From: Thecamonas trahens ATCC 50062
Taxonomy: Eukaryota; Protista; Apusomonadida
Assembly: GCF_000142905.1 (NCBI RefSeq)
Contig: NW_013657647.1
Coordinates: forward strand, 316,598 to 380,597
Reading direction: 5' to 3'
DNA length: 64,000 nt
The stretch's first letter is position 1, and each line of letters starts with the position of its first letter. Below the pieces are notes generated by a model. That model had not been told where the DNA came from. It did not search any database and saw only the letters and a program-made list of their open reading frames with translations. This document shows positions 55,263 to 64,000 of the stretch, piece after piece. Position numbers and translations under genes: made by a program.

Positions 55263-56418
55263 ATGGGTCCAGGGATGAAGGGATGGAGTATGGGAGACAG
55301 AGTAGCAGTGGCAGTGGTGGTGATGGTGGGCATGGCGGTGGGCATGGTGGGTGGACATGAACGGTTGCTGTGGCCGCCGTCGCGTACGTGGTGTGCGGGA
55401 GGGAGGGGATGTGAGGCTGGTCTGCAGACAGTGCCCGGCCCATGGCCGCTGTCGGTATCGTGGAACACTGCCTGCGGGAATTGGGCATCGACATCGGATG
55501 ATGTGGTTGTGGCGTGACGTGCCGGAAGGGGATCGGCTGTGGCGGGTCGGGGGGAGGGGGGAGGGGATCGGCTGCCGTGGAGGTTCTGTTCTGCACACAC
55601 TCACTCTGCCTCTTCCCCCCCCCTCCTTGCGCACATGCACAGGATCGGGTACGTACCACTTTGGCGGTGGCTGCGATCCGTGGAAGATTGGCGATCCCAA
55701 CCTAGAGTTTGTCCGCGCAGATAGTGTTCTGGAGATCAGGTTTACGGCCGAGTTTGCAGACAGCTCGGGGCCCGGCCCAGGTAGCTACGCCCCGACGGTG
55801 TGGATCTCGCTGGTGGCGGAGGCCGACGAGGCGGACATGGGCCTGTTTACCCATGTTATTGCCTCGTTCGAGCCGGAAGTCGTGACAAAGACGTTCAACG
55901 CGTCGCTCGGAGCTGACGTTGCATCTGTACGTGTGAGCCTTCCGCCGTCGGCGCCGCTCGGCCGGTACGTCTTGCACTGGCGGCTCGACGGGTGGTCCAA
56001 CTGCGCCGACATCGCGATCGTGGCCGGGACCGTCCCGGGCCATGTCGCGGTGCCGCCTGCGGCACCTGCGCAGCACACCGGGCCGCTCATTGTGGTTGCC
56101 GTCGCCGCAGGGTTTATCATCGGTATTATTGTCCTCGTTACCGTCGGCTACAGCCGCACACAGCAGCAAGCTGCGCGCGCACCCGGCTGGTACTTGGACG
56201 AGCCCGAGTCGGACGAGCTGCCGACCGTTGTCGCACTCACGCGTCCGCTCTCGGCCTCGGACATCCTCGCTCCGCTTGTAGGACGTGGCATCCTGCCGGA
56301 GCGCGTCGAGTCTATGCTCTTTCCGCCCTCGCCGTCGGATGGCGGGTGGAGCGCGACATCATCGACGCGCTCGCGGACCAGGTCATCGCTGTCGTCATCA
56401 GCAACTTCGTGGTCGTGA
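55263..56418 (+). CDS. Membrane-anchored LPMO-like (N-terminal His) protein; exons 55263-55383 and 55643-56418, 298 aa
   Basis: Signal peptide then HERLLWPPSR (completed by phase-1 splice gtacgt...cacag); YVLHW...WSNCADIAI; single TM. Confidence 0.68.
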
Positions 56419-56427
56419 CATGGCGGC

Positions 56428-57314
56428 TCACGGCAACAGCGGATCGACTGCTGAGACTCGGTTGATCGACTCGGTGCCGGCGGCGCCATACGAAGCCCCC
56501 GTGTAGGCAAACGCCGTGGACGGCGCGCGCTCCTTGAAGAACCACTTGCGAAGAGTAAAGAAGGCAATGCCCGAGACGATTGCCCAAGCTGCGTCGGTGA
56601 TGTACACGATGACAAACGCAGCGTCGCCATACTTTGAGGCGAAGAGACCGCCGTCTTGGGCCGGGAAGACGATGGCGCAGTGAACGGTGGAGACGATGAG
56701 GCCAAAGAAGATTGACCGGATGAGATAGTGCGGCCAGGTGAACGGGATGAGGTGGACGGCGCCCCACATGCCGCCCCATACCATCTTGTTGTCTGTTGAC
56801 GCCGCCAAGCCGATCAACCGTCCACCATGTCAGCCAAGTTGAGCATGTCCGTCGCGCACACCACGCCGATCAGCCGTGCCAGTATCAACCGCATTCACCA
56901 TGTCGGCCAAGTTGAGCATGTCCGTCGCGCACACCACGCCGATCATCCGCGCCAGGATCAACCGCATTCACCATGTCGGCCAAGTTGAGCATGTCCGTCG
57001 CGCACACCACGCCGATCAGCCGAACCATGTCCACGACGTCGACCACGTCCATCACGCCCACGACGTACACCCGGCCATCACCTGCCCCATAAGTCGCCCT
57101 CCTCCTCCCCCCCCCCCACCCCCTCCTCCCCCCCTCTCGACAACATACACAACCAGGCAACCTTGTACGGATGCAGAGGATTCAGAGTCACGCCCATGAC
57201 CTTGTTGAGGCCGACCAACTCAAAGGCAGCTTGGACAAGAGCATTGGCAAGGCCACCGAGGGTACCTGAGCCATAGGCAAGAAAGACGAGAAAGACAAAG
57301 ACACGTAGTTCCAT
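56428..57314 (-). CDS. Small ~4-TM protein of bacterial-like type; exons 57314-57149 and 56792-56428, 176 aa
   Basis: GTLGGLANAL...AWLYNKMVWGGMWG; phase-1 splice gtatgt...aacag. Confidence 0.75.
56809..57022. repeat. Intronic tandem repeat, ~3 x 73 bp
   Basis: CACCATGTCRGCCAAGTTGAGCATGTCCGTCGCGCACACCACGCCGATCA at 56823, 56896, 56969. Confidence 0.95.
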
Positions 57315-58055
57315 GACGCACACGCACACACACACACACAATGAGAGAGATACACAATAGCCGTCTTCGGAATGTGCTTGTCTATGTAGTGGTGTGCTTG
57401 TGCTGCTTTTATTCCTCATCCCGTCCTCCCTGCTCCCCCCCCCCCCCTCCTCCTGCTCTCTCTTGCCCTCGCCCAGAGAGAGAAAGAGGGGAGACACGGC
57501 CAGTGGCAGGCACGCTTCGGTCGCTCTCCTTTTTTTCGACAGGATGGGGAGCTACCCGGTTTTTTTTTCAAGGGAGGGAGGGAAAACTCAAACTACTCAA
57601 TTGCTGTGTTTAGGGTGGAGAGGAGGGACCGGATGAAACGGTAGGTTGGAGTGGATGGTTGCGTGTGTTGGTTGCTCGTGTGAGAGGGTGATTGGGCTTG
57701 AAATGGACTGTGTGAGAGGGGGTGGAGGTTTCTGATGCCGGTCAAGGTGTTTTTTCAACAGCAGCCATTGTCCCGCCGCCACTGCTACAAGGATACGCAC
57801 GCCGTTTAACACACAAGCTCGCAAATAGAGAGAAAGACATACATGTACATTGCTCTACGCCTGTAGTACTATTTTGTGGATTGGAGGTGTCGTTCCTCCC
57901 TGACATGCCCGAGAACGGGCTCATCCCAGTTGGTGACAAGATCTGTGCACCGTGAATATTACGCGTCGGACGCCCCGTGTCCTCGCCATATCTGCTCACC
58001 CTCTGTGAAACAGCCATTTATGCGGTCGCCAGGTAGCAGTGGTGGGCTGTTTCAC

Positions 58056-58225
58056 TCTGGTCGTCGTCAACATCTGCGCGGCAAGTGTGACGGCCATGAC
58101 TGATGGCGCTGTCAGCTGACACAAAAGCTGTCCTCGTGCGCCAATCACAACGCATCACCGCCATCCTCTCGGTTGCTGCCACCTTTGTCGTCGCCACCAT
58201 CGCTGCTATCGCCGCCCTCCTCTAA
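58056..58225 (+). pseudogene. Internally deleted relic of the GPI-protein gene (upstream DNA fused to its last ~22 codons)
   Basis: 58056-58155 is the inverse of 53151-53252; from 58156 it is the inverse of 52164 downward (TAILSVAATFVVATIAAIAALL*). Confidence 0.85.
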
Positions 58226-58368
58226 TCGTCCTGGCGTCTTAGTTGCGTCGTAGCCTAGTCTTGCTTTGCCCCGACTGCCACATCCTGCACTGTCGTGTGG
58301 GCTGTGGCCATTGTCGGTGCCGATAAAGACAGCCAGCCATCCCCAGCCTACTTGCTAATGCTGCGGCG

Positions 58369-59721
58369 TCACTGGTCCAGCTCCTGCGCCACGTCAAACA
58401 GATTGAGAAGAAACCCGAGGGCAAAGTCCTCGTGCCGCCGATAGGACGGCGGAAAGGCGCGCGATGAGGCCTCTAGCGCCGCAGTCAGCGCGGCGACATC
58501 GGCGGCTGGGTTGAGCATGGGCAGAAACTCGGTGGCGTGCGAGGTCTCCCACTCGTCGCGGATCCGATCCGCGGCTTCTGCGCTCGAGCTGAGGTACATG
58601 ATCTTGAGGATGGGGACAGGGACGACGTCGAGGGCGACAGCCGCCACGTCCGGCACCGGCAGCTCCACATTGGTGGCCAGCGCCGCATCGGCGGCAAAGA
58701 GCCACAAGAGCAGGAACCGTCCGTCGCCGTCGTCGGCGATAAAGCGGAAGACGCCGTGAGCAAGTGACGCGTCGCGCATGTCTGCCGCAGCTGCCAGCGC
58801 CACAGAGTGGGCGGCGTAGTAGCAGGACTCGGCGTGAGGATGCATGTGCTCCTCGTCGCGGAAGAGGCAGATGGCGTGCTTCCGCAGCGAGTACGAGCCG
58901 TCGCTCGACTGCGTGCCCAGCTGCCCGCCGCATGCCGTACACATCACGCCCAGCGGAGCCCCGCCCCGATTCGCCGCAACCTGCGTCACCACGCCCGGCA
59001 TCAGCGTCGATGCGTGGACAACCACATAGTGCGGCGCGTCGAGGAGCAGGCCAGCCTCGCCGGCAAGCTCGCCCTTGGGCAGATGCGGGAAGGCGAGGCC
59101 GTCGTCGTCGTGGCAGATCCAATAGTCAATCATCTCGTGCCAGAACTGCGACGGCAGCGGCGCAACCTTGTGGAACAGCTGCTCGCCGTCAGGGAGCTCT
59201 GGTGTCAGCTCGGCGCCACACGCGCGGCACGCCAAGATCCCGGCCTCCTCCACCCGCGGAGCCGCTGTCAGCAGCATCATCTCCGTCTCCACACCGTTTG
59301 CCGCATCCTCAGCCGTCCGTGTCGGCGGCGCCGGGTCGTCCAGCGGCACCCGGATCACCACCGTGTCCTCGTCCTCGTTGAGCTTGGCCGAGGCGAGATG
59401 CGGCGAGACGAGGCAGTCAAGGTCGATCACCACCAGCTCGTTCCCGACGCCGTCCTCCTCGCCAACCACATCGTCGGCTCTAGCACCACGGACCGCCTTA
59501 CCACAGCCTTGCACCCCGCTTTCATCGCTACTTCCCCCGCCGCCATCGTCGCTACAGCCAGTACTTCCCGCCGCCGTCGTCGCCAATCGTAGCTCGACGC
59601 GCGAGTCCTCCACCCGCATCCGCAACGACCGGACAGCCTCGGCGGGCGTGGTCCATACCAGCACCTGAACGGTGGAGATATGGCTCAGCTTCTCCACTAC
59701 ATACCACACACTCGTCTCCAT
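58369..59721 (-). CDS. UBE3D: HECT_2-family protein (UBE3D/Ipa1-like), ~450 aa
   Basis: CRACG, PLPSQFWHEMIDYWICH, CTACGGQLG, ILKIMY; start chosen at METSVWYVVE. Confidence 0.85.
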   Translation of the reverse strand: METSVWYVVEKLSHISTVQVLVWTTPAEAVRSLRMRVEDSRVELRLATTAAGSTGCSDDGGGGSSDESGVQGCGKAVRGARADDVVGEEDGVGNELVVIDLDCLVSPHLASAKLNEDEDTVVIRVPLDDPAPPTRTAEDAANGVETEMMLLTAAPRVEEAGILACRACGAELTPELPDGEQLFHKVAPLPSQFWHEMIDYWICHDDDGLAFPHLPKGELAGEAGLLLDAPHYVVVHASTLMPGVVTQVAANRGGAPLGVMCTACGGQLGTQSSDGSYSLRKHAICLFRDEEHMHPHAESCYYAAHSVALAAAADMRDASLAHGVFRFIADDGDGRFLLLWLFAADAALATNVELPVPDVAAVALDVVPVPILKIMYLSSSAEAADRIRDEWETSHATEFLPMLNPAADVAALTAALEASSRAFPPSYRRHEDFALGFLLNLFDVAQELDQ

Positions 59722-60404
59722 TCTGCCGAGTGAGGTCTGCTCAACTCTCTCTCTGAGCTCAACCATACCTCCCCACAGGGTCCTCAACGACTCGAGTTGA
59801 GTCGATCCCTCAAGACGGGCGGGCAGCTCCTCCGCCACAATGCGCCCGTGGCTAGGGAGAGAGGACAAAGTGCGATGGGAGATAAAGTTGGATGGAGAAG
59901 TTGGAGATATGGTGGAGAATGGGCAGAGTGAGGAGAAGGGGAACGGATCAGAGGTTATGGCGGGTCATGGGTGGGGCTAGCGTCGGTGGGGTGGGCCGGT
60001 CAAGGGGAGGCAGGTGAGACAATGGACGAGAACAGCCTCTGCAGCCGCTCCACACACGTATCGCGAGCTGATTTCATGCTTACACTCATTGTGCCACTTG
60101 CCCCTAGGTCTGCACGGAACCGTGAGCAGGTTGTAAGGCTTGCGTCATTCGTATCGCCGTACTTGAGTTGCTGCATGGCGAGCCCGTGTTGCACTGCGGC
60201 TCATTGATCGCGGTGTCATAGGCAACATTAGTCGACGTTACGGCGTTTTGCGCCGCACATTTTGTGATCTTTGTCTGTATGGATGCAGAACGGGCCAGAT
60301 GGCTGCAGGAGGGCATGTTGTGGTGTACATGCTCTCCCATGTAAACCTTGGCGGAGTTGGGGGACTGTCAACACTCGTCTCGCAGGCAATCTGACGATCG
60401 GAGG

Positions 60405-61379
60405 ATGCTCGCGCGGGTCTCAGTCGGAGCACTGTCGGCCAGAGTGCGTTGGAGAGCCGCTGTGGGCAAAATAGAGCAGAAGTTGGGGCAAAGCATGTGT
60501 GCGAGCTCGCGAGTTACTGGTGAAGCAGCCGACGATGTGGTGGAGATGACGGCGAGCAAGGAGAACGATCGCGTGGCGATCATTGCGCTCAATCGGCGGA
60601 CGGTCCGCAACGCGGTGGACGGCACGACGGCCCGGGCACTGCATGCTGCCTTTCTGGCCTTTGACAGCGACGATAGCTTTGACGTGGCGGTCCTGACTGG
60701 GAGCGGCGGCGTCTTCTGTGCCGGCGCCGATCTCCATTCGCTGAGCAACCCGCTGGTCCATCCCAAGACCGGCGTGGTGACCGAGCTTGCGGGCGTGGTG
60801 GGCAGGGCGGGGGCGGGGGAAGCGGAGGTCGACGACCCGACGCTTGGACCTATGGGTCCGACCCGGCTTACGCTGTCCAAGCCTGTGGTGGCTGCGGTGG
60901 ACGGCCCTGCGGTGGCCGGCGGGATGGAGCTGGCGGCGTGGGCCTCGGTCCGTGTTGCGGCGTGGGACGCTGTTTTCGGCGTCTTCTGCCGGCGGTGGGG
61001 CGTTCCGCTCATCGACGGCGGCTCGTTCCGCCTCCCACGGCTTGTGGGTGGCTCCCGGGCAGCCGATCTCATCCTCACCGGGCGCCCGCTCTCCGGCGTC
61101 GAGGCCGAGGCCATCGGGTTTGTTAACCGTCTTGCGCCGGCTGGCGAGCCTTCTCTACCGACGGCTCTCGATCTCGCCTCAGCCATGACCCGCTCTCCGC
61201 AAGCTTGCCTTCGCTCGGACCTCGCATCATCACGATCGGCGTTTGACCCTGCCGATGCTGCTGAGCTCGACGCGATTGCCCGTGAGTACGAGCTCGGGCT
61301 CGCCACTATGCGCCAGACTCGACTTGGTGCTGTCGCCTCATTTGTCGATGGTGCCGGTCGGGGAGGAGCCCCGATCTGA
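60405..61379 (+). CDS. Enoyl-CoA hydratase/isomerase (crotonase) with probable mitochondrial presequence
   Basis: RNAVD, FCAGADL, AVAGGMELA, FGVFCRRWGVPLIDGG; Arg-rich, acid-free N-terminus. Confidence 0.9.
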   Translation: MLARVSVGALSARVRWRAAVGKIEQKLGQSMCASSRVTGEAADDVVEMTASKENDRVAIIALNRRTVRNAVDGTTARALHAAFLAFDSDDSFDVAVLTGSGGVFCAGADLHSLSNPLVHPKTGVVTELAGVVGRAGAGEAEVDDPTLGPMGPTRLTLSKPVVAAVDGPAVAGGMELAAWASVRVAAWDAVFGVFCRRWGVPLIDGGSFRLPRLVGGSRAADLILTGRPLSGVEAEAIGFVNRLAPAGEPSLPTALDLASAMTRSPQACLRSDLASSRSAFDPADAAELDAIAREYELGLATMRQTRLGAVASFVDGAGRGGAPI

Positions 61380-61535
61380 TCGTGTGTATGTGTATGTGTG
61401 TGTGTGTGTGTGTGTGATCGTGGCGGCGTGCGGGGAGCGGAGTGCGTGGACTTTGCGCATTGGCCGGCGAGTCGTGGCGGCTTGGCTGGGACTGCGGGTT
61501 GAGACACTTGGCTCGAGAATTCGACAGAGACAGCG

Positions 61536-62324
61536 ATGGATATCCCGAAACTTACACAGGAGCAGGCGCGTGGTATGTATATTGTCGACCTTGAATGATA
61601 GCTTTGTAGGTGGTAGCATGCGAGGTAGAGAGACGCTCGCCTGACTCTACTCGCCACTCTGAGTGTCTTCGTGAAAACTCACTGTTGAAAATTGATGCAT
61701 TGTCGACGCCATCGGTCCGTCCGCCACACTCGCCCTCGTCCCTGCTTGCCATGCGCATCGGCTGGGGATGGTGGCTCGCTGGTTTCGTGCGATGTTGACT
61801 GTGTCTTGGCTGGCCTGTGACGGGTTGTGTATGGCGTGTGTGTGTGTGTGTGTGTCTGTGTGTGTGTGTCGGGGGCTGTGATCTTGGGTACGGCGCGCCA
61901 TCAACGGCGACGACGTGGGCGGCGCATCAAACATGGCTGGCGACGTGGGCGGCGCATCAAATTGTGTGTGATCTGACCGGCATGGTTTTGTATGCGTGTG
62001 TGTGTGTGTGTGTGTGTAGCGGCACTGGAGGAGGTGACGGCGATCTTTGAGAAGGAGGAGTCTGTGGCGCAGCTTGAGGCTGTCAAGAGCGAGGCCGGCG
62101 GCGATCTGATGAAGTGGATGCAGATGGTGGTGCCGATGGTGATGGAGATGCAGAAGCCGGTGCTGCTCAAGTACGGCTTTGCCGATAACCAGGCTGCAGC
62201 CATGCAGTTTGCGCTCGCGCTCAACACCGCCGCAGGCGAGGACGAGGAGATGAAGGCCCGCGTCGCCGCGCTCCGCTCGCAGTTTATGCCTCCCGGCATC
62301 CAGGTGCCTGGCGGCAAGAAGTAG
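61536..62324 (+). CDS. Protein C10 (C12orf57/Grcc10 family); exons 61536-61572 and 62020-62324, 113 aa
   Basis: LTQEQARAALEEV...DLMKWMQMVVP...Q..VL.KYGF...FMPP; phase-1 gtatgt...gtag intron. Confidence 0.85.
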
Positions 62325-62547
62325 CTGTCTGCCCTTGCTTTGACCTGATCCGCCCTCGTCCTGCTCGATGTGGTCGGCTCCGACTCGAGTCTAGCCTCTT
62401 GTGAATGAAGAGCAGCGGCCATGACCGGGCTGATCTTCACTTGGTCCAGCCGTGGCGTCTTCCATGGCGTCGTCTAGCATCTCCAGCTACTGTGCATGCC
62501 ATGGATGATTGTTGGAGCAGCTGTCTTGGCTGATGTGGGGCTGGTGT

Positions 62548-62718
62548 TGTTGGCGTAGCCGTTGCCGTAGTTGATATGTTTGTTGTTGGCGTAGCCGCTG
62601 CCGTAATCGACGTGTTTGTTGTTGGTGTAATCGTTGGCGTAATCGACGTGTTTGTTGTTGGTGTAATCGTTGGCGTAATCGACGTGTTTGTTGTTGGTGT
62701 AATCGTTGCCGTAATCGA
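62548..62718. repeat. Tandem repeat, ~5 x 36 bp
   Basis: GTAATCGACGTGTTTGTTGTTGGTGTAATCGTTGGC units. Confidence 0.9.
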
Positions 62719-63181
62719 CAGCCATGGTTCGATCATTGCGTTTGTTCATTATTGGAGCGTTCGTTTACTCAAAAACCATTGATTAAAGTCAACAATGAAT
62801 GAATGTCATCCTTGGCTTCGCCAGCGCCACCACACCTCTCACAACTTGTACGAGCCATGGTGGGGAAGAGCGAGTGGGGAGGAGGGGGGAGAGAGAGACA
62901 GACAGAGAGACAGAGGAAGAGACAGACAGAGAGAATGAGTGAGTGAGAGAGTGTGTATTATGGTCATGCGTAACCTGTCCTCCTCTACCCTCCCGTTAAC
63001 CATGTCGTTGTCCTCTCGTTGGGTGGTGGTGGGGGAAGGGGAGGACCACCTGGGTGGCCTGGAGTGGCAAGTCGCCGATGCCGGCATTGTGGCACAGGCA
63101 ATGTTCCGAGAGCAGATGGGAGAGATACTCACAGGCATGCGCCATCACCCCTTGTTACACCGCATGGAACACAGTCTCATA

Positions 63182-63515
63182 ATGGTATGTACCAGGTCCT
63201 GCTCCCCCTTGTTCCCTCCTTCTCCTTGCTCATGCCTCCCCCACCCCCGCTGGTCATACCCTCTCTGCTTTTTCTGTGATTTGATGGCCACTTTTGTATG
63301 ACTTTGCCCCCCCCCAAGCCCCCCCCGCCAGCACCATCATCCCCCACCACATCCATCACCACCTCTACCCCATGCCCTTTCTCTCCTCCTCCTCCTCATC
63401 TCCATGCTCATACTCACTCATTCCCTCCAATCTCAAACAGCTTGGGAAGAAGGTCCGCTTTGTTATTGACTGCACCGCCCCCGTGTCGGACGGCATCCTC
63501 GAGACCGTCGAGTTT
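63182..63515 (+). CDS. RPL22: 60S ribosomal protein eL22, 5' part (ATG exon 63182-63184, exon 63441-63515; continues past window)
   Basis: KKVRFVIDCTAPVSDGILETVEF flanked by aacag and gtacgt. Confidence 0.85.
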
Positions 63516-63901
63516 GTACGTTGTCTTCTCCTGCCGCTCACCCTCACCCTTCCCCTCACCCTTCCTGACCTCCCTCGGTCCCCCGTCCCCGTCCCCGTCC
63601 CCGTCCCCGTCCTCCCCTGATCGTCTGCTCGCCATGATTCGCTTCTCTGTCTCCTCGCTCTGTCTTGCCTCTGGTTCTCGGCCCGGCCCGGCCCCCGGCC
63701 CGGCCCGGCCCCCGGCCCCCGGCCCCCGGCCCCCGGCTCGCTCTCGGATCGCTCTCGGATTTGTCGGCTCTGTAGGCTCTGTCAGCTTTGCTGTCTTGGA
63801 CCGTGCTGTGCTGGCTGTTGACTGTGGGACTGGACTGGCGGGGATAAGGCTGATGTTTATGTGTATATCTGCTCGTAGACGACATGACATGGCTTGTACG
63901 C

Positions 63902-64000
63902 GGACATATTCCCCTGCCCCGAACGACTTCAACTACCCAGAGGGCTATGTCTAGAAAAAGATTATTCTACTGGGAAAGGGCTGAGCCTATAGACTAGTGT
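63902..64000 (+). ncRNA. Candidate intronic H/ACA snoRNA (3' end outside window)
   Basis: GGACATA..CCCCTG/CAGAGGG.TATGTCT hairpin, H box AGAAAA 63953-63958, second stem ATTATTCTA/TAGACTAGT. Confidence 0.45.

Noticed and set aside
56809-57022. 73-bp periodic repeat resembling a repeat-spacer array
   Set aside because: The apparent spacers are similar to each other; it is an intronic tandem duplication
1-64000. tRNA, rRNA, transposase/RT genes, telomeric repeats, selenoprotein read-through
   Set aside because: No convincing signature seen by eye; tRNAscan-SE, Infernal and RepeatModeler would be needed to exclude them

Overview
GC-rich, gene-dense eukaryotic nuclear DNA from a protist. Short intergenic spacers, few 5'-biased GT-AG introns and G- or C-run-rich non-coding DNA resemble an apusomonad such as Thecamonas; this is an inference. 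There is one 100-N gap. About 30 protein genes can be built by hand. Recognisable genes include KRTCAP2, an SLC12 cotransporter, a multi-RRM protein, metaxin, hydroxylysine kinase, a KDM5-like demethylase, a ~2090-aa vinculin-family protein, an ERG2/sigma-1-like protein, PSMA4, DGAT1, CEP83, a DEDDy exonuclease, RPL39, two phospholipase B paralogues, UBE3D, a crotonase, C10 and the start of RPL22. Most notable: (1) a splice-hidden, membrane-anchored LPMO-like protein with a non-canonical histidine brace; (2) a giant vinculin plus two nearby scaffolds carrying arrays of paxillin-LD-like helices (F-BAR/F-BAR/SH3, and coiled-coil/Zn-motif/DDW); (3) an N-myristoylated globin; (4) seven apparent single-base frameshifts in six otherwise intact genes; (5) an inverted duplication resolved by reciprocal gene loss; (6) two candidate intronic H/ACA snoRNAs; (7) a bacterial-type membrane protein that has an intron. 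All homology calls come from recognising motifs by eye; no searches were run.
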